DNA from: an uncultured Spirochaetota bacterium
Lineage (GTDB): Bacteria; Spirochaetota; Brevinematia; Brevinematales; JAOACQ01
Assembly (NCBI GenBank): GCA_963783575.1
Contig: CAWAOD010000005.1
Coordinates: 64,001-128,000 of the forward strand
Reading direction: 5' to 3'
DNA length: 64,000 nucleotides
Under the pieces are notes generated by a model that had not been told where the DNA came from, ran no database searches, and worked only from the letters and a program-made list of their open reading frames with translations. A program made the translations under genes and the position numbers. Of this stretch, positions 30,848-41,367 are shown piece after piece. Positions within the stretch are counted from its first letter, which is position 1, and every line of letters begins with the position of its first letter.

Positions 30848-31687
30848 ATGAATCTGTCGGGAAAATCATGTCTTATTACCGGTGCAAATTCGGGTTTAGG
30901 ATTTGCGGCCGCAAAGAAATTTGCAAAACTTGGGGCAAAAGTGGTATTAGTCTGCCGTGATAGAGACAAGGGGCAAAATGCTTTGGAATCAATCCGAAAA
31001 GAGTATCCGGATTCGAAAGCAGAATTGATGATATGTAATTTAGCTTCTCTTGCCTCGATCAGAGATTTTATCACTCAATTTAAAGAGAAATATTCAAGTC
31101 TAGAAATTCTTTTTAATAATGCGGCTGTTATGAAATCAAAGAGAACATTTACATTGGATGGTCTGGAAACAATGTTCCAGGTTAATTACCTTTCAGCTTT
31201 TTTGATTACAAATTCGCTGATTGATTTATTAAAGATAAGCGGTTCTTCACGTATTATAAACATAGCCGTTCCGCCTGATAACATAAGACTCGACTTTGAA
31301 GATTTGCAGGTGGAAAAACAGTACAGTATGTTTGATGCCTTTTTTAGAAGCAAGTTGTGTCTTCTTTTGTATAGTCTCGAACTTTCAGAAAGATTATCAG
31401 ATTTAAAAATTAGCGTAAATTTAACCGATCCAGGGCCTGGAAAATTCAGGTCAAATCTTGTAAAAGAAGCCGGTGTATTTGGAAGGCTTATCGACATATT
31501 TGCAAAATCTGCCGATCAGGCTGCTGAGACAATCTTCTTTCTCGCCTCTTCGGATGAAGTTAAGGATATAACCGGAAAAGTTTTTCTTGGGAAAAAAGCC
31601 AGGAAACTTGCGCCTTACTGGAGAGATAAAACAGTAAGGGAACGGCTGTTTACATTAACAGAGTCGTTGTTAATGAAAGTTATATGA
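30848..31687 (+). CDS. Short-chain dehydrogenase/reductase (retinol-DH-like)
   Basis: TGANSGLG, NNAAVM and FQVNYL. Confidence 0.9.
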   Translation: MNLSGKSCLITGANSGLGFAAAKKFAKLGAKVVLVCRDRDKGQNALESIRKEYPDSKAELMICNLASLASIRDFITQFKEKYSSLEILFNNAAVMKSKRTFTLDGLETMFQVNYLSAFLITNSLIDLLKISGSSRIINIAVPPDNIRLDFEDLQVEKQYSMFDAFFRSKLCLLLYSLELSERLSDLKISVNLTDPGPGKFRSNLVKEAGVFGRLIDIFAKSADQAAETIFFLASSDEVKDITGKVFLGKKARKLAPYWRDKTVRERLFTLTESLLMKVI

Positions 31688-31779
31688 AAAAAAGGAGAAA
31701 TTTATGAGAAAGTCGTTTTATTATATATCGATGGTTCAAAGGTGTAGGGGCTATTAGATGTTATTATTTACTATACAGG

Positions 31780-32583
31780 ATGAAAATAATGTATAAAAAA
31801 AGAAGTATAATTGCTTTAACCCGGATAAAAAAAGTACTGAAAATATTTGGCATAATACTTGTTGTAATATTTATTGCAGGGTCAATTGCATATTTATATA
31901 TAACCGGCACTTTTAAACCGGGAAATGCAATTCAATACAGCGTAGCACAAACTGAAGCACTTCAAAGCAGCCCTATATCCGGTAAAACCATATACTTTTT
32001 GGGATCATCTGTAACACAAGGGTTTGCGGCTAAGAACGAATCATTTGTTGATTATATACAAAAAAGGAACAATTGTACTTGCATAAAGGAAGCAGTCAGT
32101 GGGACCACATTGCTGGATAACGGCAGCAACTCATATATTCGGCGAATGTATAAGTTAAACAAAAAAGCAAAAATCAATGTGTTTATTTGCCAATTATCCA
32201 CAAATGACGCTCGTTTTAATAAATTGGGGAAATTAAGCAAGTCAAAAAATCGCAACGATTTTGATACAACTACTACAACCGGCGCAATAGAATTCATTAT
32301 TTCTTATGCATGTGAAACATGGAACTGCCCGGTGGTTTTTTATACAAGTACATATTACAAAGATAAAAATTACAAGGCGATAGTTGACAGGCTTCTTGAA
32401 ATTAAAAACAAATGGGAAATATGTGTTATTGATCTATATAATGATAAAGAAATGTATAATATTTCCAAAAAAGAACGCAATTTGTATATGAATGACTATG
32501 TTCATCCTGTCCGCGCTGGTTATAAGTTGTGGTGGACTCCCGTTTTTGAAAAGTATTTGTACAATTTGTTAGGGCATGGATAG
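31780..32583 (+). CDS. SGNH/GDSL hydrolase with N-terminal membrane anchor
   Basis: FLGSSVT, QLSTND and DYVHP. Confidence 0.85.
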   Translation: MKIMYKKRSIIALTRIKKVLKIFGIILVVIFIAGSIAYLYITGTFKPGNAIQYSVAQTEALQSSPISGKTIYFLGSSVTQGFAAKNESFVDYIQKRNNCTCIKEAVSGTTLLDNGSNSYIRRMYKLNKKAKINVFICQLSTNDARFNKLGKLSKSKNRNDFDTTTTTGAIEFIISYACETWNCPVVFYTSTYYKDKNYKAIVDRLLEIKNKWEICVIDLYNDKEMYNISKKERNLYMNDYVHPVRAGYKLWWTPVFEKYLYNLLGHG

Positions 32584-32627
32584 ATTCTCCCTATTGTGGA
32601 AATATATGCATTGAAAAGGAACTCATT

Positions 32628-33194
32628 ATGAGAATAACAACCATTTTAGGCAGCCCAAAAAGAAACGGCAATACCGCAGCTATACTCAAGGCTTTTGAAA
32701 AACTGGCCCAGGCAAATAATAGCATTGATAGAATAAACATTACGGAAATGACGATAAAGGGCTGCCGTGGATGCGATGCATGCCAACTAAAGGCTGATGT
32801 GCCCGGGTGCTTACAGAAAGATGATTTCCAGGAAGTTATTAATAGAATCATGAATGCCGATTTTATTGTCTATGCTTCACCGGTATACGTGTGGGATTTT
32901 CCGGCTCAAATGAAAACTTTGATAGACCGCCATTACTGCCTGGTCAAATGGAAAAATTATGATAAAGAGATATATCTACTTGAAAATAAACACACCGCAT
33001 TGCTTGCAACATGCGGCGGGGAGGCAGAAAATAACGCTGACCTGATACAGGAAATATACAAGAGAGAAATGAATTATTTACATTGCAATATAGTTGGCAA
33101 CTATATTGTGTCTCTCTGTACGGTCCCTTCGGAGCTAGGGAGTAAAACTGAACAGACAGCACAGCAAATGGCAAAAGATTTTATCAAAACATAA
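32628..33194 (+). CDS. Flavodoxin-family/NADPH-dependent FMN reductase (iron-sulfur flavoprotein-like)
   Basis: GSPKRNGNT, CRGCDAC and ASPVY. Confidence 0.88.
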   Translation: MRITTILGSPKRNGNTAAILKAFEKLAQANNSIDRINITEMTIKGCRGCDACQLKADVPGCLQKDDFQEVINRIMNADFIVYASPVYVWDFPAQMKTLIDRHYCLVKWKNYDKEIYLLENKHTALLATCGGEAENNADLIQEIYKREMNYLHCNIVGNYIVSLCTVPSELGSKTEQTAQQMAKDFIKT

Positions 33195-33259
33195 TTTCCA
33201 AGCCGGTCCGATAATTGGGATTACCTTGGAATTCGGAAAAAATAGTACGCTAAGGTTAT

Positions 33260-34243
33260 TTAGTCCAAATCATCGTAGCGAAGAAGTTGCGAACTTTTCC
33301 ATTTCTTTATCGAAACTATCCATAACAGGCATATCAATCCCCAATACTTTTTTCCTGAAACTCTTAGGTTATCATAAGATTCTTTTATTTCACGTGGATC
33401 ACCAAGCGCATGGAGAGAACTCCGTATGACACTTTTATTATGTTTGAATAAAAATTTCGACATAAAAAGGGCAATATTTCTGCCGATAATTGAATTATTT
33501 AAATACATAGATGTTTCAGGGTAGAGTTTTAAATTGACACCCATTTTTTTTGTTACCTCGAGGCATTCTTTAACGGTTAAGAGAGTCAATAATCCATTTT
33601 TCTTATCCTTTAACAGAGCTTCGATTCCTCCTGAACGGACAACAGGAGGCCAGAGGCCGGCGCTTACTGCATATTGCACCTGGATATATTCAAGTATGTT
33701 TTTCTGGATTACAGGTTTTAAGTCAGCCGATTTGAACAATGCTGTTATTGATTTAAGACAATCATTATCAAGACCCTGGACCTGTCCTATATCAATGCTA
33801 TTATATATTACTGCAATCAGCTTATCTCCTTTAAAAGCTCCGCCAGCTTTTGCATCACCAAAGATATATTTATTCCGGTCAATAATCCGGTCAATTTCAG
33901 AAGTTCCTTCCCAGTTCTGAGTTAGAAGAAGATAGTCCGCGTTTCCTGTAGCAGGAACAAGATTTTTTAAAGTGTTTATTAACTGATATGGTTTAGTTGG
34001 AATAATTACTATGCCATAAGGATCCCCATCGGTTTTTGTTGATTCTGTCATCTCAGGCCTGTATATACCTTTAAACCATTTTTTATGGCCGCGGCGGTTA
34101 TCCAGCATATCTATTTCTATGCCATTTTTGAAATTTCCTGACCTTCCGGATCTTACATAATGCACAACTTTGTGGCCGGTATTTGAAAGGGCCCATCCGT
34201 AAATTGTACCTATAACTCCCGTTCCCACAATTAGAACTTTCAT
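33260..34243 (-). CDS. Ketopantoate-reductase-family protein; C-terminus probably frameshifted near 33350
   Basis: IVGTGVIG; an alternative frame gives LGIDMPVMDSF at the C-terminus. Confidence 0.75.
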   Translation of the reverse strand: MKVLIVGTGVIGTIYGWALSNTGHKVVHYVRSGRSGNFKNGIEIDMLDNRRGHKKWFKGIYRPEMTESTKTDGDPYGIVIIPTKPYQLINTLKNLVPATGNADYLLLTQNWEGTSEIDRIIDRNKYIFGDAKAGGAFKGDKLIAVIYNSIDIGQVQGLDNDCLKSITALFKSADLKPVIQKNILEYIQVQYAVSAGLWPPVVRSGGIEALLKDKKNGLLTLLTVKECLEVTKKMGVNLKLYPETSMYLNNSIIGRNIALFMSKFLFKHNKSVIRSSLHALGDPREIKESYDNLRVSGKKYWGLICLLWIVSIKKWKSSQLLRYDDLD

Positions 34244-34893
34244 TTTATATCCTCCGTTTTTATTATTCTGAAAGAAGTTGTCAGCATTTTCAAAGAATAA
34301 CGCATATATTCCTCAAGACCTATACCGAACATTTCACTGAATCCATCGCGGTTTTTAGCCATTTCTGAAAATATACTGACTGTACTGGATACAAGGAAAA
34401 GAGTTCCAAGCCTTTGGTCTATCTCAGAATTTATGGTCTTATCAGTCTTACCGATGGTAATAATAGCTCCGAAGATTTCGAACATTCTCTGCTGAAGCTT
34501 TAATATGTCCTGATGATAAGAACTTTCCTTCTCACGTGTATGGATGAGCCTTGCCCTGCTCATTATCAGGAATTGGTCAGGCTCATCAATGAATAATCTT
34601 AAATAAGCCTCACCTACATTATAAAGTTTTTCATCACCTGAAACATTACTTTTAAGTATTTCTTCAAACACATTAACAAGTCTACCGAAAGTATTAAGTG
34701 CAAGCGCAAAATAAATATCTTCTTTAGCCTGAAAATATCTGTAAATTGTTCTCTTAGTAAAACCTGAAGCTTCAGCTATCTCATCCATTGAAGAAAAATC
34801 ATATCCTTTTTTTATAAATATTCTTTCAGCCGACTTGAGTATGATATTTTTTCTGGAATATTTTTTTACATCCCTGACTGAAATCTTTGCCAT
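34240..34893 (-). CDS. TetR/AcrR-family regulator
   Basis: SMDEIAEASGFTKRTIYRYF. Confidence 0.92.
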   Translation of the reverse strand: MAKISVRDVKKYSRKNIILKSAERIFIKKGYDFSSMDEIAEASGFTKRTIYRYFQAKEDIYFALALNTFGRLVNVFEEILKSNVSGDEKLYNVGEAYLRLFIDEPDQFLIMSRARLIHTREKESSYHQDILKLQQRMFEIFGAIITIGKTDKTINSEIDQRLGTLFLVSSTVSIFSEMAKNRDGFSEMFGIGLEEYMRYSLKMLTTSFRIIKTEDIK

Positions 34894-35139
34894 AAGCCCT
34901 CTTTATAAGGATACTAATAGTATACTTATTTTTTATAAAAATGTCAATTAAGAGATTTCTCTTGAAGATGCCCGTATATTGGGCAAAAAAATTGTCAGGG
35001 ATATAAAATCAGGTAAAAATATCAAAACCAATAATATTTTGATTTTTTGAGAGATAATGGCGATAATAAACAAATTGAAATATTTTTATGCCGAATGACT
35101 TGCACAATATAAAATTTGGCAGGATTTAGGAGAATTTTT

Positions 35140-35715
35140 ATGCCGCCTAAAACCACCTATGAAAAAAAAGAGATATTGAATATAGCCTTAAAGTTATTGC
35201 AAAATAAAGGGTTCAACGAGCTGACGGCAAGAAAAATAGCCGAAGAATTAAATACTTCCACTGCACCGATCTATACTTATTTTTCCTCAATAGATTCTTT
35301 AAAAAGGGAAGTGCTTAAGAATGTAAGTGAAATGATACTTGATTATTCCCGGAAATCTTATACTAAAAACACGGCATTGAATTGCGGTATTGGCTTCGTT
35401 TTGTTTGCACGGGACTATCCAATTCTATTCAGGGTTTTATTTCTTGAAAATACTGGGTTTAAAGATATAATAGAGAATTTAATCAAGGCTTTAAGAGAGA
35501 TTATGTTTTCAATGCCTAAATTGAACAGCTTGAAAAATAATGAAAAAGAAAACATTTACATTAATTTATGGATTTCTACATACGGCCTGGCGACACTGGC
35601 CTGTGTCGGTCTCCTTGAGGACAACAGCGAGGAATATATTATCGGTAAACTTAGAGAAATTTCATTATCTACTTTGAAGGCGGCTGTTGATTTAAATGCT
35701 TTTAAAGACAAATAA
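35140..35715 (+). CDS. TetR/AcrR-family regulator
   Basis: LTARKIAEELNTSTAPIYTYF. Confidence 0.9.
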   Translation: MPPKTTYEKKEILNIALKLLQNKGFNELTARKIAEELNTSTAPIYTYFSSIDSLKREVLKNVSEMILDYSRKSYTKNTALNCGIGFVLFARDYPILFRVLFLENTGFKDIIENLIKALREIMFSMPKLNSLKNNEKENIYINLWISTYGLATLACVGLLEDNSEEYIIGKLREISLSTLKAAVDLNAFKDK

Positions 35716-35725
35716 GAAATAAATT

Positions 35726-36952
35726 TTAAGATTCCCACTTGCTCCGGATTGCCTTGATTATGTCATATATCTCGAAAAATATCACTACCAGTTCAGGATC
35801 GAATTGTATTCCCGATTGCTGTTTTAAATAAAAAAGAACCCTATCCTCTTCCCAGGCATCCTTGTAAACCCTTCTGTTTATTAAGGCATCGTAGACATCT
35901 GAAATCGCAACAATTCTTGCCGATAAAGGTATTTCGGCGCTTTTTTTCCCTTCCGAGAATTTGATCTGATCTGAATTTATTGTTTCAATTCTTCCCGGGT
36001 ATCCTGTTCCATCCCACTTTTCATGGTGGTTCAGGCAGATTTCAGCCGCCATTCTTTCCCAGTCTGATTCCGAATTCTCAAAAAGCCTGGCTCCATAGAT
36101 CGTATGATATTTAATGGTATTAAATTCATCATCGGTAAGCTGGTCTTTCTTTTTTAAAATCGCGTCCGCTATACCTACCTTTCCGATGTCGTGAATCATT
36201 GACGCTATCTTAAGAATATCTTTATAACTATTTATTTCATTCAAAGGCACATTGTGATTTTCAGCCCATTTCTGGTAAATTTCAACCGAATAAGAACTGA
36301 CTCTATTGACATGTTTTTGGGTCTCTTCAGGATCTCTCATTTCCGACAGCTTTATCATCCTGTGCACTATATCCCTTACCATAAGCGCCCGTTCGATGGA
36401 GACAGCCGCCCAATAAGCAAATTGAGTGATCAGCATCCTGTCTTTTGATGTAAATGTGACAATTTTATTATCACCGCTCTTTGCATTTATCAATTCGATA
36501 ACTCCGATAACCTCACCCCTTGTATTCTTTATGGGTATGACTAGAATGGATTTTGTCCTGTAGGATGATATCTCATCAAAATATGCATTAAAAGAATAAG
36601 GAGCTTTTTTATTAATAATGTAAGCATCCGGTATGGACAGTGATTTACCGGTCAGCGCGGAATAGCCCACAATCGATTTTTCGCTGATATCCACCTCTCG
36701 ATTTGTGTAAATATATTTATTGGATAAAATATCCTTTTTAAAAACGACATCATTTTGAACATAGCTGAATTTTAAGATATTTTTCTCAACAAGAAAAATT
36801 GAACCTGCTTCTGCATTTGTAAAAATACGGCATTCTAAAAGGATATTGTTCAGCAGCATATTAATATCTTTAATGTGATAGATTTGTTCTATTTTCTCGA
36901 GCATAATTCCAAGTGTTTTTTTATCGCTTCCCCGGCCGAAAAACGGATCCAT
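35726..36952 (-). CDS. GAF plus HD-GYP cyclic-dinucleotide phosphodiesterase
   Basis: GAF region; HDIGK, HHEKWDGTGYPG and DVYDAL. Confidence 0.9.
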   Translation of the reverse strand: MDPFFGRGSDKKTLGIMLEKIEQIYHIKDINMLLNNILLECRIFTNAEAGSIFLVEKNILKFSYVQNDVVFKKDILSNKYIYTNREVDISEKSIVGYSALTGKSLSIPDAYIINKKAPYSFNAYFDEISSYRTKSILVIPIKNTRGEVIGVIELINAKSGDNKIVTFTSKDRMLITQFAYWAAVSIERALMVRDIVHRMIKLSEMRDPEETQKHVNRVSSYSVEIYQKWAENHNVPLNEINSYKDILKIASMIHDIGKVGIADAILKKKDQLTDDEFNTIKYHTIYGARLFENSESDWERMAAEICLNHHEKWDGTGYPGRIETINSDQIKFSEGKKSAEIPLSARIVAISDVYDALINRRVYKDAWEEDRVLFYLKQQSGIQFDPELVVIFFEIYDIIKAIRSKWES

Positions 36953-36965
36953 AATTTCTCCTTTT

Positions 36966-38243
36966 TTACTTTATCTCTTTGTCAAGAATCCTGGAATAAT
37001 CACTGGCTGATATATTTTTTTCTATTTCTATATCTCTTCTGATAAAATTAATTCTGTGGACTATTTTCGATGTATCATAACATGTTAATTTACCTTCTTC
37101 ATTTATATATAGATTAGGATTTCCTTTAATTAATTCTTTCAGTAAAGCTTCTCCTTCGTTTTTTGATAAACCTGTGAAATTCAAAATATCTTCAACCGTA
37201 AAATCAAAGGTGCAGGGCGTGTTTTTTTCAATCGGTACACGGTACTTCATCAATTGTGTATGCAGAGCATCATAAATTTTAAGCTCGGGATCAGTTATAA
37301 ATAGATTGGCGATCTGTAAATAAACCAGCCATAGCCTGTCGGCCAGTATCTCAAATATTCTTGTAACTATCGATGGATTGTTTTGGACTAAAGTTTCAAA
37401 ATTAAATCGCGTAACAGGCATTAATTTTACATCGCCGGCAGCTATGGCATTTGAGTTTCTGGTTTTATTCTCTATGATTGACATTTCACCGAATACATCT
37501 CCAAGAGGAAGAACATTCAACAGTACTTCTCTATCTTTATAAACTTTTGTGATTCTAACGTTTCCTGACTGAACGACATAGAGTTCTTCGCCGATTTCGC
37601 CTTCCATAAAAACGGGCTGATTTTTTTTATAATAATAAAAATGATCGTCCATTTCAGGTTCGAAGGGTATCATTAAACGTTCAGTCATATTGATGAGGTT
37701 AAGCATCTTTCTTGCATTACTGGCTTTTTCATTTGCTGTTGAGTATTGCAAATAACGTGAAAACGCATAACCTGCAAGACTGTAATTTTTATTTTTGAAA
37801 TAGTACTCACCGGCATCATATAAATGATTTATATTCTGGGGAAGAAGTATTTCAGGGGGCGATTTTGTGTTCAAAGTAGCTATTATTGAATCGTAATGCC
37901 GGAGCTGTTTGCTGAAATATTTAATTATTTTCATCGCTATATCGGTATTATTTTTAATCAGTTCTTCAAATTCATCCCTTTTAACAATTATAACTGAAGT
38001 ATCTTCCAGGGCAAGAACCGATTCCATCCTTTGCCGTTTTGCCATACAGGAAATGACCCCGAACAGGTCGCCCGCTTCCAGAATCCTGCATTTTCTCACT
38101 TCATTGTTGGTTATAAGGAATTTCGACATACAGCGCTCAACAGAACCTGTTTTGATTATATAAAATCTGTCAAGCTCATCAAGGCCATCAACTGTAATAT
38201 AAGAACCTTTTTTAAAATGATGTAATTCATAACCGGCGGTCAT
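36966..38243 (-). CDS. Protein with two cyclic-nucleotide-binding domains and a TPR-like linker (Crp-like)
   Basis: GDLFG..S....R and GDVFGEMS...R motifs. Confidence 0.82.
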   Translation of the reverse strand: MTAGYELHHFKKGSYITVDGLDELDRFYIIKTGSVERCMSKFLITNNEVRKCRILEAGDLFGVISCMAKRQRMESVLALEDTSVIIVKRDEFEELIKNNTDIAMKIIKYFSKQLRHYDSIIATLNTKSPPEILLPQNINHLYDAGEYYFKNKNYSLAGYAFSRYLQYSTANEKASNARKMLNLINMTERLMIPFEPEMDDHFYYYKKNQPVFMEGEIGEELYVVQSGNVRITKVYKDREVLLNVLPLGDVFGEMSIIENKTRNSNAIAAGDVKLMPVTRFNFETLVQNNPSIVTRIFEILADRLWLVYLQIANLFITDPELKIYDALHTQLMKYRVPIEKNTPCTFDFTVEDILNFTGLSKNEGEALLKELIKGNPNLYINEEGKLTCYDTSKIVHRINFIRRDIEIEKNISASDYSRILDKEIK

Positions 38244-38372
38244 AAAAAACCTGATCTAATAAAATATCGGCGACTTATAACAAAATCTGCTGATAAATAA
38301 ATTTGCTTGATCAAGATATTTTATTAATTGAATAAATTTTATGCAAATAAAGTTCAAGTTATTACATTAATT

Positions 38373-39029
38373 TTAGTTATTGGGGGTTAGTAATTTCCAT
38401 GCGCTTCTAAAACCAAAACCGAGCGGCTGCTGGATCATTATAGAGAAAAGTGCGAATTGTTCAAGCTGCCTTGAAAATTTTAAAGGACCTACATCCAGGG
38501 TGCGCATACCTCCGTCTTTGATTAATTTTTCAACAGTCGATTTGGCTTTAGTGTCATCTCCGGCAATAAAAATATCCAGCGGCAAATTATTTATGCTTCC
38601 TTCAAGAAGCGAAGATGAGAAAACAGTATTGAAGGCTTTTACAACAGGTATTTTATTGCCAGTTAATTTTTCGATTTCTTCGGCTGCGGAAGAATTTCCC
38701 GGTATGGAAAGCCCATCATAAGCATTGTTCAAAGGATTTGTGATATCAATGAGAATTTTGCCGTTAAGAGCCGGAAGGATAATTTTCATTACTTCCTCAA
38801 CTGCCGAATAGCCAAGTGCTAAAACAACCGCTTCGCCTTTTACCGCAGATACCTGAAGAAAAGCTCCTTCAGCAGGAATCTTCGGTCTAATGATTTTGTT
38901 CAATTCAGCGGCCAAACTTTCCGCTTTTAAAACATCCCTTCCAAGGACAGTAAGATGATGACCGCCCGCAAGCACCCTTGAACCGATTCCCTTCGCCATG
39001 TTTCCGTTACCAATAATTGTTATATGCAT
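38373..39029 (-). CDS. NADPH-dependent F420 reductase family oxidoreductase
   Basis: IGNGNMA, DITNP, VVKAFNT and DVGPL. Confidence 0.88.
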   Translation of the reverse strand: MHITIIGNGNMAKGIGSRVLAGGHHLTVLGRDVLKAESLAAELNKIIRPKIPAEGAFLQVSAVKGEAVVLALGYSAVEEVMKIILPALNGKILIDITNPLNNAYDGLSIPGNSSAAEEIEKLTGNKIPVVKAFNTVFSSSLLEGSINNLPLDIFIAGDDTKAKSTVEKLIKDGGMRTLDVGPLKFSRQLEQFALFSIMIQQPLGFGFRSAWKLLTPNN

Positions 39030-39181
39030 AAAAACCTCCTATAAGATTATTTAGAATTTACTAATAATTTAATTATGTGTCAAATTTTACAATAAATTGC
39101 AATGAATCGAATTTTCTTGAATTTTATCGATTTATTTATTATTATTCAGAAGAAAGCAGTATTGAAAAGGAGGAAAAGTTT

Positions 39182-39481
39182 ATGCCGATTATGGAAATCA
39201 GTTTTGTTCCTATCGGAACATCAGCGACTTCAATCAGCGGTTACATTGTCTCGGCGGAAAAGGCTCTTGAGAATACCGGGGTAAAAAAGCAGATTACCTC
39301 AATGGGGACGATCATTGAAGCCGGTTCTGTCGAAATTCTGTTTAATCTGGCAAAAAAGATGTATGAAAATGTTATGAAGGCGGGTTCCATGCGGACATTA
39401 ATTAATATAAAAATTGATGACCGCTTGGATAAAGAGGCGAGCATGGAAGGCAAAGTTAAATCTGTTGAGAATAAATTATAA
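39182..39481 (+). CDS. MTH1187/thiamine-binding protein family
   Basis: EISFVPIGT..SIS, MGTIIE and KIDDR.DK; RBS AGGAGG upstream of 39182. Confidence 0.85.
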   Translation: MPIMEISFVPIGTSATSISGYIVSAEKALENTGVKKQITSMGTIIEAGSVEILFNLAKKMYENVMKAGSMRTLINIKIDDRLDKEASMEGKVKSVENKL

Positions 39482-39822
39482 TAAAAAGCCGCCCCATCAA
39501 TAGATGGGACGACTCTATTCTATAGGAAGGAAGGATTATTAATCCGTAATGAATATTCTAAAATATTAAGTCTTTATTATTAATAAAAGATGCAGATATT
39601 TAATAAATTAATTTTCTAAAATAATAAGTTTACTTTCTTTATCGGAAAACCTGAACTATATGGAAATTGTAAGGCTTTTTAAATATTTGCATTAATCTTT
39701 AATCTATGCTATTTTATAGTATCAATGTCTAATAGAAAAATACGGTTGAGACTACTTTAAAATCAATGCTTCTATAAAAAATAAATATATTCAAATTATG
39801 AATAGTATTTCGGGGGAAAGAA

Positions 39823-41352
39823 ATGAAAATAATATTTTTTATAGGTGCGATATTCTTTTTAATAATATCATCCTGCGGGAGGCTTGTTGTTAATGAAGAA
39901 AAACCGGTTGCGGAAGAATACATAAATATTGAGACAAACAGCGTTTTTACAACCGAAGAAACTGTTGAAGTCTCCAATAAATTAAAAGTATTAATTTTGC
40001 CTTTTGATAACAAATCTGACCAGAAAGCATATCCTAATTCTAAAATCGTTAATACAATCCTGCAGAATGAAATATATCCATTTCTTTATATTATTCCTTC
40101 ATTTGATGTCCCAGACAAGACAAATCTGGCAGCTTTGAATTCAGATTTATTGAACAGGCAGGATTTGAATACTCAGGAAATTTACAGTAATTACCAGGCT
40201 GATATTATAATATTTGGTGATTACGATCTTCATGGCATAAGTACAAATACAACTGCTCAAATCCACCTCAAAATATGGAAAAAATCTTCAGGAAAAACAC
40301 TTGCCCAGGAATATAAAACTCCGATCGATCCTGATATTTTTGATGCTACAGATGCTATGCTTTCACAGATTATAAAGTTTACACTTAACGGAGAATTAAA
40401 AATTGCGTATCTCAATATCGGGAATCTCAAAATTGGAAACGGATCATATTCTCTGGCGATCAATAATAAACCGGTGGCAAAAATAACCAATGATAATTTT
40501 TCACTGAATTTGAAAATATTACCGAACGCTGTTTATTCGGTTAGATTACGAAACCTTGCCGATAAAAGGAATGTGATCAACACAACGCTAATGTTAAAAC
40601 CTAGTGACACTACAAATATCAGCTATGCAGCCCTTGGAAATATCCGATGCTCAATAACTAATAGGGCACCTGGGGAAGATTTTCAGCTTTTTCTAAACGG
40701 CAATGAAATTCCTTTGGATTCGGTTATATCAAACCTCCCTGCAGAAAGGGATTATCAGGTTAAAGTGGTTGATAAAAATAAAAATGAATATTCAAATACT
40801 TTCTATTTGTCAGACGGCGAATTCAAAAAATATATCCTGCCTAAAAATAGAATGGTTTTGTATGATTATATTGGAATTTACGCAATTCCTTTTAATTCTT
40901 ACAATAACTATAACAGCAGCGTAAAAATTGACTCATATAAAGATTATAAGGATGGTAAAAAATGCTGTACCTGGGCTTTCAATGTAGCTTTTCTTACAGG
41001 TTCCGACAGCGGCTGGGCAGGGATCAGGTTTAATTTTGGAAGAAAAGAAATGGACTGGGCAGAATTTAATACCTTAAAAATATGGGTTTATGGAATGAAA
41101 ACTTATACATCTTATTTTATTCAATTAGTAAATAATCGTAATAATCGCTATAAACACTGGATTATAGATGACTGGAAAGGCTGGAAACAACTGTCGATCC
41201 CAATTAATCTGCTTAAATTCAAAAAAATTGACTACCCTTTAAAAAGCCTGGAATTTGGGATGAATTCTTCCGCATATGGGCTGGAAGGAAGACTTTCCAG
41301 CTATGGTAATTTCAAGTTCTCAATAGGCGGAATGGAAGTCACAAGAGAGTGA
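39823..41352 (+). CDS. Lipoprotein with putative C-terminal carbohydrate-binding module
   Basis: ISSC lipobox; GWAG..., DW.....L.IW and DDWKGWKQLSIP resemble CBM11-type domains. Confidence 0.65.
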   Translation: MKIIFFIGAIFFLIISSCGRLVVNEEKPVAEEYINIETNSVFTTEETVEVSNKLKVLILPFDNKSDQKAYPNSKIVNTILQNEIYPFLYIIPSFDVPDKTNLAALNSDLLNRQDLNTQEIYSNYQADIIIFGDYDLHGISTNTTAQIHLKIWKKSSGKTLAQEYKTPIDPDIFDATDAMLSQIIKFTLNGELKIAYLNIGNLKIGNGSYSLAINNKPVAKITNDNFSLNLKILPNAVYSVRLRNLADKRNVINTTLMLKPSDTTNISYAALGNIRCSITNRAPGEDFQLFLNGNEIPLDSVISNLPAERDYQVKVVDKNKNEYSNTFYLSDGEFKKYILPKNRMVLYDYIGIYAIPFNSYNNYNSSVKIDSYKDYKDGKKCCTWAFNVAFLTGSDSGWAGIRFNFGRKEMDWAEFNTLKIWVYGMKTYTSYFIQLVNNRNNRYKHWIIDDWKGWKQLSIPINLLKFKKIDYPLKSLEFGMNSSAYGLEGRLSSYGNFKFSIGGMEVTRE

Positions 41353-41367
41353 ATTAAAGTTTATATC

